Part shown: positions 21,601-35,789 of the stretch, piece after piece
How the letters are laid out: every line of letters starts with the position of its first letter
Numbering within the stretch: position 1 is the stretch's first letter
Origin: Anthoceros angustus
Lineage: Eukaryota; Plantae; Anthocerotophyta
DNA: 64,000 nucleotides
NCBI GenBank assembly: GCA_010909165.1
Contig: MU008181.1
Location: forward strand, 124,001-188,000
Direction of reading: 5' to 3'
Notes under the pieces: model-generated
Database searches by the model: none
What the model saw: the letters and a program-made list of their open reading frames with translations, nothing else
Told to the model about the DNA's origin: nothing
Position numbers and translations under genes: made by a program

Positions 21601-24600
21601 GCGACTTTCTATACAAGTTGGTTCATATTACATGCTTCTATCAGCCTCCACCTGGTTTGTTCATGGAAGACGGTGTCACAGTTGAAGATATTGTTCAAAC
21701 TCCCACAGCTTTACAAGTTCCAGATGCTCCAGGACTACTTATTCCTGCTGGTAGTTCGGGACGCGTGTTGAGGGACACGTCTTCTGGTTTATGTCTTGTT
21801 CGGTGGGAGGTAAGGGGCCTGTCTTCTGTGGAAATGTTGGACTGATGTTGAATGGTACTCTGGGGTTCTGATTGCATTTCCACACTGCAAGGCTATGGGG
21901 CTCAGTGTTACAGAATATCCATGGAACTTCTGAGCTTCTGTACTTGTTCCTTGCAGTGCTTTCACAGTGGCATGATTCTCCTTCTTCTAAGGATGCTACA
22001 CCGATCCACAAATACTGAAGACCTTCAAGAAGTGGAGGCAAGTTTGAAACTGTTGAACAGAATGCTTTCCTCTAATAAGGTAATTCCTGCTCACAGTGGA
22101 ATATTTCAATCACAGAACCTTTTGTGAAATTGGTACAAAGTTATTGAATAAGTAGCTTGTGGATGTAGGGGCTGGCACATTTGCTTATGGAGTTGGACAA
22201 TTCCATTGCTACTACATCGTGCCGCGAAAAAGGGGTCATGGAGAGCTATCTCCGGTAAATTTCAGATGGCACGATATGATTCATTGTCTATCCAGTTAAA
22301 TGATCCGACGTTTGCGACAACTGGAACAGGGGTTTATGACATGGCATTCGTGTGACTACAGGATTGATGTTTTGGGCATTATTTGCTCTGTAATTAGCAA
22401 CCTTGTGCAAAATGCTGGAGACGATCTGTTAATTGCATCTTGCCTTGGGATCCTCTCCACATTTTCCCTCTGGTAAAAACTCTGCATTCCGCTGGTTATT
22501 TGAATGTAATCTGTCTGTGCTGCCCATGTGTAGCCTGCTAGTTAGGTTATGTACCTTCTTTGACCTGTGCTGGTATCGCTGGCTTGCAGTTGTGCTTCTC
22601 AAGTTGCAATGGAGCTCAGCAGGACTAGTTTGTTGCAGCCTTCTGAGACCAAAATTAGTCTCAGGTGCGTGTGTTTTGGCCATGTTTCAGCTGTGGACCT
22701 TGCTGTTAAGATGCTTCTGGTTTGGAGCCTCTTGGAACCTGATAGTCTGTGCCTGGGTGCAGTGTTGGGGGGCCAGTGCTTGGGGGCACCCTTTTGCAGG
22801 TTTTACTGCTGAAAACAGAACAGACTGTTGGACGTTACCCTTTCACTGTGGCCGGTGCGTCCCTGTAGTGCGAGGGCATTTTGGTTTACATCTAATAATT
22901 TTCGGCTCTGACCCTTTCGCAAATTATTTCTGCAGTGCTAGACTTGAGTATCACATTACTTGAAAGGGGAGTACTTTCAGAATCACTTGCTTCACTGGTC
23001 ATGAATGTCGTACGCAACCTCCTCGTGAATCATGGCAATTGGAGGTATCAACAGAGACATGAACGGTGGCAGATAACTACCAAGGTTCCCATTCACCAGT
23101 TTAACTTTCTCACTTCTGTGATGGTTGGCACTTTCAGATTGTGAAATATGGAATGGTTCTTTGAGTTCCATCAGCTTATTGATTTGATGTGGTGCAGGCA
23201 TTTCAGATGGTTCATAATATTTTGTCAGGGATTATTTGGCGTCCAGAGTTTCAAAAGTTTGAATTCAGTGTTTTAGATTCAATACTGTATGACGTCATGA
23301 TTCACGATGTCCTTCTGCAAGTGCTTTCTATCAGCGCACCAGTCCTTGAGGTGGTACTCTCTATCTTGTCCTCAATTTGTTGTGCATCTAAGATAGTGCC
23401 AGTTTCATCATCTTTTAGTCGTGTCATATGTTCAGGACCTTCATTTTAACCGTTCTGTTCGCCCTAAAGAACTGGAGTGGCTTCAGCGTGCTATCCACAT
23501 AGTATTGATGCTGATTCACCAAGTGCTTCTGAGTATCACAGTCAGCAGAACTTCTAAGGTATGGTGATGGTGATCATTTGATCCTTTGATTGTCTGCAAA
23601 TAGCAATCTACTTTTAGGTCCAAGCTGAAAGCATTTCTTTCGTTGTAGTCTGGATGTTTGAACTGTCATGAAGTAGCTGTCTTCCGCTAGTAGTGTGTAG
23701 CATTATACATGTTTTGAACAATGTCCTGTTTTGGAATCTAGGATCATCCCGGCTTGTCCATGTTGTGGCATACGCTCTTTCGACGGGCTGCTGGTCCTAT
23801 GCCTGTTGTGGCAGTCATAGCGTCATACTTAGACTTCCCTCGCAATATGGTAAGCAATTTGGAAGCAGCAAATCTACCATTTGTAAGCAGTTTGTGACCT
23901 GATCTTTGGGGCTCTCTGGCTGCGTTATGTGTGGTTGGTGACAGGACCTTCAGTTGGCCAGTGCAAAAGCATTGACAAGTCTCTGTATGTCGTCTCACAT
24001 GGCACGCCCTCATCCCATAAGTATAGCAACCTACATACTGGCTGAACAGGTTTGCTATTACTTGGTCGAACTGGCATTTTGATCACTCCCAATTGTTCAC
24101 CTTTCACCAGAACAGAATATACTGTTTTTCTCGGATGTTTATTTTGTCTTTTGCAGCGGAAACCACTTAGGGTTATGGTGGCCAAATTGATGTCTGAGGA
24201 GAATGCCTACTCTAACTATCCACTGTTTGAAGCTGTTTCTGATTTGGTTGTGACCGCTATAAGATCTCAGGTATACTACCCAGTGTTTGCAGTAGTAGCT
24301 GAGAATATGACTGGAAGTCCTCACTTATCATAGTTGAGAATGTTTGAAGTGACTTTTCAGCACGCAAGCCAATTCATGATATGAATTCAGTCTTCTATTC
24401 TGTACTTATATTGCACTTTCACAGCCTGCACTGGTGGAGTTCTTGATCTTCCCTTCAGAGCCGTCGAAGGACAGATCAGGTTCTGCTGGGGTGCAAGGGC
24501 CCTTGCTGTCTTCCCAAAGTGATTTGAAATCCAATATTCAATTTTCTCCTGACAACTGTGAGGTTCTTCATGCACTGTGGGGCTACTTAGCGAAAGCTGC

Positions 24601-27600
24601 GACACTGTTACATAGGTGTGTACTTATATTCTGCATTTTCATGTTTGTTATCATGGTGCTAGTGTTGCATCTAATAGCCTGGGTACCCTGTGTGCATGCA
24701 GCCACCCCAAGATATTAGCACATGTACTGCACTTGATGGCCTCATTTTGGCAAGGTGGCATGGAGTACTTCTGTGTTATAGAGAATCTTAGGACTCGTGA
24801 TGGCTTCTGGAAGATACTGGCAGGCTGTGTTTCGTTCAGTGGCTCAAACAGACTCTTGTCCAACCTCATCGTCGCAGTAGATTCCAGGGAGCCCATTAGG
24901 GCCTGCATGAGTAAGCAGGAGACATTCACCTATGCTCACCTTTACCGGTGTGAGGCGACTGTATTCAATATCCTGGCGCACGATATATTCTTACAGCAGC
25001 ACCTGGTGTATCTTGCTGATTCCAAAAGTGAAAGGACAGCAGATGTGAATCAAGAGAAGAATAAGACCAACAACAAACCCTTTGTCAGCAAGGAGTCTGG
25101 TGCTGTGGATGTTGTCAAACAATGGCGTGGCCCTTTAGAGACCAGAAACATGTTGCATGCCTATACGGGTACTTTGTTTGATAAAGATGCTATCCAACAT
25201 GCTAAGGTACTAAAAACCGCTCCTAATATGCTGTCGGGCTGTGCTGGCCCTTGTTGGTTGTGTGGTCCTATTAGTGACGTCCTGGTCATCATGTGGTGAC
25301 TACTTGGCTGTGCTTATGTTCAGGGCTGTGTGCCACTTGTTTTCTGCTCTTTGCAGGATGATACAAGAGTCATGGTTGTGGGCTTAATGAGTAAAATTCT
25401 ATCTGGTACTGACAGGGGATTAAGTTCCTCCCTGGCTGGGAGGATAAGACAGGCAGCAATGCAGGTATACACTACGTAGCTGATCATGTGTCAGGGCTTG
25501 TTGACAGTTTTACAGGATCTGAGATAAGTTTGTGTTGTTTCTCACAGGTCTTCCAGCTTCCCCCTTTTGTTGAACTTTTAGGCCAGTATTCCTCTCGAGG
25601 ATACAGGTACTGTTCTTGACCAGCTGGTTAAGTTGGTTACATTGTTAACCATGTGAAAATCTGACAGACAAAATTGTTGGCAGCTTGTGTCCATTTTTTA
25701 AGTGCTTCTCTTGTTTGTTCTCAGCTATGGCGAGCAGCTGCAAACTATGCTCATGAGTGACCTGTATCATCACCTTCAGGGTGACCTTGTGAGACGACCA
25801 ATACCAGCAGGGCCATTCCGACAGATTGCAGATTATTTGAGGAACAATGACTTCGATGTTCTACTGAAGCCGAATTCAGAACAACGAATGCCATACTTAT
25901 ATCCTGCCTATGGGGACAGCTTTTTGTACAATACCTTTGCTTTAGAGAGTGAATTGGGTTATGAGTGGTGGTCCCAGTCAGACAGCCCCCAAGTTCTGCC
26001 ACCATCTGAGGCAGAGAAAACGTTGCGCTCCATGAGGCATGCTAATGAGATGGCTGCATTGGGTGATGCGCAGCTGGCTGCTTTGAGGGCTTTCTCAATG
26101 TTACTCACTGTCACCATCTTTGACAAGCAATTGGTACTTGCAACTCCATTCTGCAACGTTGTCTGGCCGCCTTGGATGTCTATTGTCGTGTGCTGTTTGT
26201 TAGAGTATTAAATTTTCTGGTGCTATCAGTTCTTGGATTCAAGTGAAATCTGTGGTTGTGCAGATCCATGGTGGATCTACGGCCAAAAATCAGACATGGA
26301 GTGAATCTGATCTGGAATCTGGCATCGAGGCTCTTTGTAAAGACATAGAAGTGGCAGTGGTAGCTGTAGTACCTTTGGGGGATCAAACAGGTTACATGCC
26401 AAGCTTCATCACTGCACAAGCAGAATTACTGCTTGTACTAGTTCGATGGCTTTGCAACCGCAATACAGGTGCTTCATCTATGTCAAGGAAGCAACTGGGT
26501 CTTTGTGCTAAGGTCATCCGGACAGTTGTGGCATGCCTGAAGCTCATGCTAGGGTTTCAGACCTTGTCCCAACTGACCAAAGGGCTCGTGATCAGCTTGT
26601 GCAGTAGTTTTGTGCTGGCATTGGATAGGATTTATATGTGTAGCACTGAAGAACCAGGGAATCAGGAATCGGAAGGAGCTGAATCAATGGGTGACACCTT
26701 TGCAGACGTCACGCTTGTAGGCCTAGGGTTCTTACCTCTCTTATGCGCCGCAGTTGAGAATGAAGAGTATGTGAGCATCGCACTAGCTGGGGTCAATCTG
26801 CTCATTAAAGGGTTCCTGGCACCACCACGATGGTTTCCTATTGTGCAAAACGATTTCCCACTGCAACTTGCCTTGTCTCGAATGCGGCTGGACAAGGGCA
26901 CTGAATACTTGAAGTTGATGCTGAACACCTGCTTATCGTTCTCTTACACAAGGCCTGGTGGGGAGCTGCTGGTATCGTCAGGCATTTTCTCACATCTTAT
27001 GCATCTGAGTGAGCAATTACGAAGCAGTGCTGCTTCCAGCATATACATAGAGGGTCCGTTTGCTGTGTGGCATAAACATAAGAGAGACCAGGAAGGGCTC
27101 TGGGGTTTGAGTGTGTCAGTAGTGACAGCATTGCTGCGGTCATGTGCTAGTGAGGACATTGCAGAGCGAGCTTTGACATATCTAGGATATGAGAAGGACA
27201 ATATGTTGTCTGCACTCTGCTCTCCAATCTCTTCTATGGATGCGCAGGGCAGGAAGAAGGCCAAAGTTCAACACCCACATACTAGTCTTATTGCACTGGA
27301 AGAGACCCAGAGAGTAGTTGCCCTACTTTGTGAACTTTCAAATCATCAGTCACTGTGGTTTCATTTCTCTCAGGACTCAATGTTGCAGTACGGGGAGATG
27401 ACCATCCATCTTTTAGCATTTATTGCAAAGGAGGGTTTCACCAGGCCTGGAATTCATCGAGGGGATGCAAGTGTCAGTTGCTGCCCTGTGCTTAAGCAAG
27501 AAAAAGCAGCTCACAGCAGACCTTCCATTATAGGTAGCAACTGTGCCTGGTTTGCAGTTGCTGCAAGAGGTTCTGCAGCAAGTGAGAGGCCCCCTTCTCG

Positions 27601-28402
27601 GGCCTCTGGCTCTCGCAGTCCATCACCTTCAAAAACGTCCTCAACCCTTCGATTGTCAAGCAGCCCATCATCTTCAGGGATCCTAGCAAAAAGTTATAGT
27701 TCTGGTGGCATCCAGGTGCCATGTTCGGAGTATTCTGATCTTGTTGCCATCGAAGTGTATAAATTAGCAGCTTTGTTACTGAGGTTCTTGTGCAAGCAAG
27801 TGCAGCAGGCTGTGTCAAGAGTGTCGTCTGGTGGACCTCTTGACTTAGTTCATTTTCCAGAACTACCAGCTCCAGACATTCTGCACAACCTGCAAGTGAG
27901 TGACCTTCCAGTTAGCATGGCTGTGGGCCTTTGCAAGGTGTTTTTAAAGTCTGATAGGACAAACTGCTCTTAGTTGACAGTGCTGGTGATGTTTCTTTTC
28001 AGGATCAGGCCATGTCGGTGGTTATTGACGTGTTTACTAACAAGACTGGGAGAGCAACGGAGGGACAGGTACAAGACTTCTGCTGTATACTCCTCGGCAT
28101 TTTGGAGAAGGCTTTGTGTCTGGAAATTTGCCTTTGGCGAACCTGTAATGTTACCCCTCTTCCACTTCGTTCCGATGACTTCTCTAGAGAATTCAAGGTT
28201 CTGCTTACTGGTAAGCGGCATCAAAAAAAAATTGACATTGGTTGCTTGGTTTGTTCGCTGTTGTTAACTCTGCAATCACGTCTCACTGCTTTGGGTTGGG
28301 GTTGGCAACTTGCTTCCAGCTGTCGAAGGACAGAAGACTTTGGAGAGTTCATTGCAATCGTTGAGGCGGATTATTTTAGTAGCACATCCTGGAATTTGTT
28401 GA
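18686..28402 (+). CDS. NUP188: Nucleoporin NUP188 (multi-exon)
   Basis: Collinear exon peptides match plant NUP188: VDADLWWDSF, WLLNSVACFKPP, LDEVQTYLL, ERQCLLK, LLDILFLLYYE, LEALDLENLLTMVH, IDHTQYVRQAY, FWDRESVIDGPIRSLL, LEICLWRTC. The last exon 28320-28402 ends LQSLRRIILVAHPGIC*. Not every internal splice site was resolved. Confidence 0.92.
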
Positions 28403-29026
28403 ATGGGAGTTGAGCCATAACTTTAAGCCCGAAATTTGAGCCCATAACTTTCTCACTTCTGATTGGTGGTATGAGAAAGGTACTGTCCACCACGTTACTC
28501 GTTTCGCCGTCAACTGGAACTTGTGAAGGTTGTTGTGTGCATCTCGGTGGGAACCCTGTCATGTCTGATACTGATAACATGTATCTACAGGGGCCAGGAT
28601 TGAGGTGACTCCCTCACGGCATGGACTGTACTTTTAAGAAAATCATAGATACAGATCGTATACTGTCCTTGCACCCTACTGGTTTAAATTCTTTGTGCGC
28701 TTTCTTTTGGAGCGCACCATAACATTTGATTCAAGGGAAAATGAGTGGATTTCTTTTCACTGCCTTACTATGTTTCACGTGGACATGACCAGATTGTAGA
28801 GAATGATAGAATAATTCCCACTATATGTTACAAATTGTCTTTGCAAAACAAGCTTCGATGTGCCAGCTTGCCTGTGATACATCATACGTTTACAAAAGTG
28901 ACTAAGGAGATACAATCATTGGAAGTAAACCACTTCCATTAGTGCTGCATTCTCACTTCTCCCAATAGTCCGTTTTACTCTACAGCACGCTCAACTCGTC
29001 AGCACATCCTCCCGTCAAAAAGCACG

Positions 29027-30322
29027 TCAGCTCTTGGTTTTTGAATGTTTAACTAGCCAATCGATGACAATGTCAATGTTCGTAGAATTTTTGCAGGAAA
29101 TGGTGTAACAGCACACCTCCCTATCAGCCAGCCCTGCAAGACCCCTGTAGTAAACAGCACACGAAGATCAGCCAAATTGCATTCTGTGAAACTCATGCAT
29201 GCGCCACTAGCTGAAACGGACGTCACATCACAACTCACATCTGATCAATCAACGACTGCCTGGACAGGGCTTCAGGCTTGTCGGTCTTGTTTCCCAGAAC
29301 CAATAAGGGGATCCCACTCAAAGAGGGCTTGTTCAGTAGGTCGTGAAGCTCATTTCTGGATATAGGTATATTATCCTTGTCCGCGGCATCCACCACATAT
29401 CTGCAGACAAGCTCAAATCAGTGAGAACGAGTTCTACTACGGCGAACACACAACTATGTCCTTGACTTTATGATATAACGTGCATCACACAAAGGTCCTT
29501 ACACAATCGCTGACACTCCACGGCAATATCGTTCCCACATGCTGCGAAAACGTGGTTGGCCTCCAAGGTCCCAGAGTTTGATCGTGACATTGCCTTTGGA
29601 GACCTTCTTCATGTTGAAGCCCACCTGAGGTCCCCCATCACAACACCTTCGAAAATGAGCTCATAACACAGCCCCCTCACACGCACGCTCCTAATCCAAT
29701 GAAGGGGCCAAAACAAATCCCGCTCCACGAAGCCAAAAACGTGAACGGACTGCACTCACCGTGGGTATCATGTCCTCATTGTAGCCCCCAGTCTGCATTC
29801 GAAACCACAAATCAGCAAACACAAACAGGAGCAGACGAGCTCCAGCAAGGAAGGCGAAACAGAAAGCGAACAACGAAATCCGCTTTGCATTTACCGCAAT
29901 GACGTTCACAAGAGAGGTTTTCCCAGCATTCTGAAGCCCTATCAACGACAACTCCATCTCCTGCTTGAAAAATAGGCTGCAAAAACCGGTGCAATATCGG
30001 ACGTGACAACCAACACAAGTAACACCAAAGCGAATTCCAACTTCCACCTCCTCCCGACAAGCCAGACTCCTGTGTTTTCACTACTCCTGTCGCATCCGAG
30101 CGCAGCCCCGCGGGCAACGATCTCCAAATGAGAATTGGCTGAGGTCAGTTCCAAGCTCGCACATCCGCAAGGCCAGCAGTGCCGGGTGCGAACGATCCAA
30201 ATCCTTACCTTGCCAGCCACGACCCGAGTACACAGCCATGCGTGCAAACCACTCAAACGAAGGCCATAGCAAAGCGGGGGGTACCTGCGCAGCCAATTGA
30301 GAAAGGTCTCCCATATTCCCAT
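29027..30322 (-). CDS. ARL8: ADP-ribosylation factor-like GTPase ARL8 (6 exons)
   Basis: The spliced peptide [34 protein letters not shown]...[19 protein letters not shown]...LGNKTDK...[24 protein letters not shown] has canonical GT-AG introns. Confidence 0.97.
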
Positions 30323-30910
30323 TGCTCAGCGCCTGGTGAGTTCCCGCTCAATCTCCACTCGGCTCCACTCGACGCCAAGCAGATCCGTCGCGGAAGAAGT
30401 GGAGAAATCCTTCGGCTTCGATCCCGCTCGCTCTGTCTGCCTAGGGCTGGTAAAATATTGATTCGGAGAGGTTGAATTTATTTCGCGGCCTCCGCTCCAG
30501 AAGTTCGCTCTTAGAGGCGATCAATAGCGAAAAGCGGGACACGTTTTAAAATTAGCGCCGCTAATTTCAAACAGCAGACCGTTCACAGCCTGTTCAACCC
30601 AAACCAGGAGACATTATTTGGCAGGGGCCCTACCACCACAGAGAGCTCAATAAAGGACACGCGTCCAGGTGCCAGGACCGCCATGCCTCGCGATAAGGAT
30701 TCGCGCACTTCCCAAGGTGGGGCCTTCTGTCACTAGTTCACCATAGAACCCGCTGGAACTTGGCTGGCCACGGTGTGTGTGTGACATCACTCTCCACCCA
30801 GTTTGGGCCTGCTCTACACTGCCTGCGTCCAACTACCCTGGGCTATGGCCGGTGGCAAGATTCCACCTCGGGTTAACATCACATAGCCCACCGGCCAAAC
30901 AGCTGGGAAT

Positions 30911-33388
30911 TCAAGCCAGTAACGTCTCCAGCGTCATATTTTCACCGACCACAGCATTCAGATCTGCTTGGACGCTGCTGGCGTCCAGAGATCTTTTCTC
31001 CAGCTCTTCCAGAACGGCTTGTAGCTCCGTCACCTCCCGCCCAGTTTTGTCCATTTCGTACACCTTGTCGACGATGTCGGCGAAGTTCATGTGGACGGTG
31101 CTCAGAAGCATATACGCTTGCCTGCATACTGGATCATGCTTTGCATCCCTGCCAGGAAGCGATTGTGGGGGAAACAGTTGGTGAAAAGGGCAGTGGAGGG
31201 AATGCTTGTAAGGGAAGGGCAAAAGGCTGATATGCAGCCTGAACCTTACCTGAAAACCAGCTCGTCCACAAGGGCGTGACTGCGGCGAAGGCGATCCTGG
31301 GCTGCATTGCTGTCTCGTTGTAGGTCACGGGTGTCGTTGATGATGCGGCTGATGTCTGCATCTTGCTTCTTGCTGTTTCTTATGAGTTCGGAGATCCGCC
31401 TCACATACGTGCTTCTGGCTGCACCCTTCAGGGCCTTGAGTTCTGATGTCATGGCACTCTGCTCCTGCTCCCTGCATGCTCCAAGATCATCAGAATTGGG
31501 TTCTCACTTACACGCATTAAGAAGCAGCAAAACTCCTAATCCTAGTGTGGTTGCCACTCAAGACGACGAAGGGATCCAGGCTTCACAGTCAAGAAACAAA
31601 GGAGACTTGTCACTGACAGGATTTCTCAAAATTTCAACTCACCGAGAGTGAATCTTTAGAGTGACTCGCTTTATCTCCTGACGGATTTCCTTCATGTTTT
31701 TAAGTTTGGAGTGGAACGCATCCTTGTTGGAGTCTGCTGATTTCTCCAGTTCAGCCTTCTCGTTTTCAAGTGCAGTTCGCACCAATTCCCTGCGGTACGA
31801 GTACCAGCCCGAGCGTCAGGGTAAGCACAATGAGCAATGCCACAGAACCTCGGCAAGATGTAGACACCTAACGACTTGGCACTAACCATTCTGCTTCCAT
31901 GCCTGCAATGCGCTCCTCCTCCTCTCTGATGTTGGACTCCAATGCCCCTAACGATGCCTCTGGCGGGCCTGAACTGTGCAAGGCTAGGTCAACAGCCCTT
32001 TCCAGCAGCTGGACATTCTCGTCTTGCAAACGTGCAGTATCAGTTGCAACTTTGTTGTCCACTCGCATTTTCTCCACTTGTTGTTGCAGATCCCTGATCT
32101 CTTCTTCGATCTAGAAACAGGACACGCAAAAGTTGTCAGAAACAGCAAGATGTCGACAGTGCAAAACCCTAACTCCGTAAGCTCCGTGTCAACCTTCTCT
32201 GCTTGTATGCTAAGCCCAGAGAACTTCTGTTCCAGCTCAATGGCAGCGGCTTCATCTGGAGCCGCTGCATGACCCCCTTCCCGATTAGGAACCTCAGCTG
32301 CTTTAGCAGAAATCTTACTCTCAAGATCACGGCTCCAAACAGCAGGGCTCCACTCCCTTCCATCTGTGAACTTCACAGCTCTCAAGAAGCTGCTCCCAAC
32401 GCCTGCTCGCTTATCTGGTGTGGCTTCGGGAGCATTCCGGCTCTCTAATGAGAAGCCCTGAGCCTCCTTCTCTGGCTCTCCATCACCTGCAGCCTGGACA
32501 AACCGGCTTTCACTGTACGACGTAGCTTTCAAAGCCCTCTGAGCGGTCAGCTCCAACACGAAAGGAACCAGCACCTCCCGAGACTCTGCTCTGGCAGTTA
32601 ACAAAGCTGAGAACCTAGCTGCTGGTCTCCTGACATTACCAACTTCCACCAGCTCCTCTCTCCTCCAATCCCTTACTGCCCTGCTTCGCACATCTTCCCC
32701 TTCACGCTGGTTGAACTCATCCCGCCATTGAGACAAGCTCTGTCGTACAGCTGCTCCGACATTGGATCCCCCGATTTCCTCATCGCTGTTTCTGCTCCTC
32801 CCAAGGCCGCCCCGGCCCTTGCGACTGCCACGGCTTCGCCCAGACGTGGAAGACTTGGAAAGCTTGTCCAGCAAAAACCGAAGCAGACGATGTGTGTCCG
32901 CCTTCGAAGGATACAGGAACTGCATGCACTAGCAGCACCTGAAGTGTCACATTCTACTCCATCACGGCTTCAACATCCAGTCCTGCATATTTGCCACACT
33001 ACATCTCTTTCACATTTCACATGGATGCAACAGCTCGCAGGGGGAAAGCCCGTAGAACATCAACACTGGGGCGTCCCCAGATAGCAGCAACCAAAAGAGC
33101 GAGGAGAAGAGGGCTGGCCTGATGGAAGCTGAGATCGGTAGAATACCCAAGCTGTTTAATGGCTCCAGCCAGGTCGGTGCAAACGCGAAACTTCTCCGCC
33201 ATAGCACTCGGCAACACCGTTGGCTGAAGCTGCGATGCCGCTCCTCCATTTCTTATGAGAGACACAGCCTGAGAGCAGATGGCCACCAGATCTGCTTGAC
33301 CTATATCATGAGCCCCCACCACATTGGAGGGCAGAGCTACTCCAGCCTGCTCCAATCCAACCAGGACAATCTGGTGCGCATCATCCAT
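30911..33388 (-). CDS. CCDC22: Coiled-coil domain-containing protein 22 (CCC/Commander complex subunit), multi-exon
   Basis: N-terminus MDDAHQIVLVGLEQAGVALP...LGYSTDLSFHQ|FLYPSKADTHRLLRFLLDKL matches the CCDC22 N-terminal domain. Coiled-coil exons follow, ending ...VQADLNAVVGENMTLETLLA* (stop 30911-30913). Confidence 0.9.
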
Positions 33389-35789
33389 CTCGGCAACAGG
33401 CGAACCAGCTCAAGAACTGTGCCAGGGCGGCCCTTCCCAACTGTGAACTTTCATCGTTTTGCGTCGAATTTTGCAGCCTCGTAATTGTTTCGACTGCACA
33501 CGATATTCAAAATATGTAGGTATAGACCTACCCATACATGTGTGTGCAGACTAGCTGCTATGAAATCTAACATATGGGTAGCTATGCAAAATATATACCT
33601 CTAGTATTTATATATATGAGTTAATCAGTAGCTATATTAGGATTAAAGATGCGAGAAATCTATCAGTGTTTTTCTGGAATAGCCAAGATGGCTGAAAAAC
33701 ATTTGGTAGTGCTTCCTTCAACACCAGCCATTTCGGGCAAAGATGATGTATAAGCAGCCCCTAAGGGCCTTCCAACACCAACGAGACAATCGGAGAGATA
33801 AATATCAGGCAGCCTCTGTGGCCTTATAATAGCAGCACTTGTGAGCGATATATAAGGCGGCCCCGAAGGACCTCAACACAAAGATTCTTATATCAAGCGG
33901 TCCAGTAGAACTTCACAAGGGGCAGGCCACCAAGAACTATGAAGTATGTACTCGCTAGTGATTTCACTCCTCAAGGGAGGACGGAGCATTAGTTTACAGA
34001 ATCTATAACTTTAAGAAAAGATACATTGTTTTTTTCATAAGTTTCAATAAAAAATGAATGAGAAAGAAAAAATATTCAATAATATGATATTTTGTAGAAG
34101 CCCAAAATAGGTTGTGCGCCCTCTTGAGGTTAATAACGTTTAAACCACTAGTACTTTTAAGAGCTCTTGGCAGCTAGGTGTTCCTTCTCTTCTTTGAGTG
34201 TGCTGGTGCTCTTTGTGAAGTTCTGAGGCCCTGTAGATGTTCCAAATGACTTTTAGAATTATTTTCATATATTGATTTAATAACCTACTTATTTTTATCT
34301 GATGTACTTTCGTTAATGTCAACTCAAAGAAGAAAAATCTTGCAACATATCTTAAAACCACGAACAAAGATTGTAAGAAAAATCTTGCAACATACCTTAA
34401 GAGCACGAACAAAATCACAATTTGAATTGGTTTTTTCCAAAGGAGAAGGCAAATTAGCTTTAGCAAGAACATTTGTCAACGCCGTGGTAAAAAGATCATC
34501 CTTGATGTAGTCCTTGCTCCCATAAGAGGAATCATCATATCCCACACATGGAAAGGGTGTCCACGTTGAGTTGTCTTTTACATCTTTGATTGCTTCCGAT
34601 GATGACTTAGCTGCTGCGAGCAAAATGAGGTAGTCTTCAAAATCATCTCTCATCTCTTTCGATGCACGTATATGTTGCTCGACATTAGAATCCACTTGTC
34701 ACAAAAAAAGCACAAGACACGATACCTCAATACCTAAATTATTATAAAATTGTCTATCAATGAGAAAAAAAAGACATCCAAATAATTACAATCATTCTAA
34801 TTAACTAATTCAACATATGCAAAATCAAGATACTTACTGAATATTAGAAAAAAATGATCTCTACCAAGGATCTCATTCAAGAAATGACCTTCATATATAG
34901 AGTTTTATGTTAAAACATCTCGATAACAAGTATTACAAAAACAAAATTGGTTGTATTATTTTCCTGAGTCTAAAGTCTTTACATTAGAAAGTGACCTTCA
35001 TTGATAGATACATTGATAAATAGACATATTTTTACACGCTTTGGGCAAGCATAAATGAAATTTAATAAGTAAAAATGAAACGAATTCTATATATCATAGA
35101 ATAGCTTGGAGGAAACCCGAGCTTGCGTGAATAAGTTGGACAACCTTAAGCGTAGGTCTCAACCTTAGGTCTCAAAAGGTTTTACAATAGCAACCCAAAG
35201 GGCTTCACAATGGGTGGTGTAAACAAGTCCCATCACGAGGGTCCCTTGCCCTTGCCCTTCATTTCTTATCCTTAAATACCCTTACACTTCATAGTTTTAG
35301 TAACTTCTATAAATTGCATTAGAACTAAACCACAGTTTCACTTCCACCTCTCCCACATCCCTACGGCATGCCTCCCTACTCACACCTTGTTCTAAACAAA
35401 CTACGACCCTTCGGCATGCCTGCCTTCTCATGTGCCTGATCCCAAGCCGTCTTCATCATCGGTTAAAGGTGGGGTACTACCGATATACTCTCATCTATAC
35501 TAGATTCCACACATTTAACTTGCACACTCCTTACATGCTATGACTTTCCAAATAAATCTGGTAACTTTTATGCAAATCGGGCTTATTCCACGAAGCCCTT
35601 TTGGGCAACAAGGATAATTTTATTTCTGTCCATAATATTGGCTAAACGAGCTTTAATCGATTTTATATGGGCACTACCCATTTGAAATCGTGTATTTCAC
35701 CCGCTTGGTCAAGCATATGTATATAAAACTACACATGTATTCCGAATTGACAAAAACGTTCCGAGTGCAGCCATATTTGGCACATTGAA

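Noticed and set aside
34140-34695. Two AT-rich minus-strand ORFs (110 and 123 aa)
   Set aside because: They may be a transposon relic, but no diagnostic motif was recognised and part of the ORF is a short local repeat.
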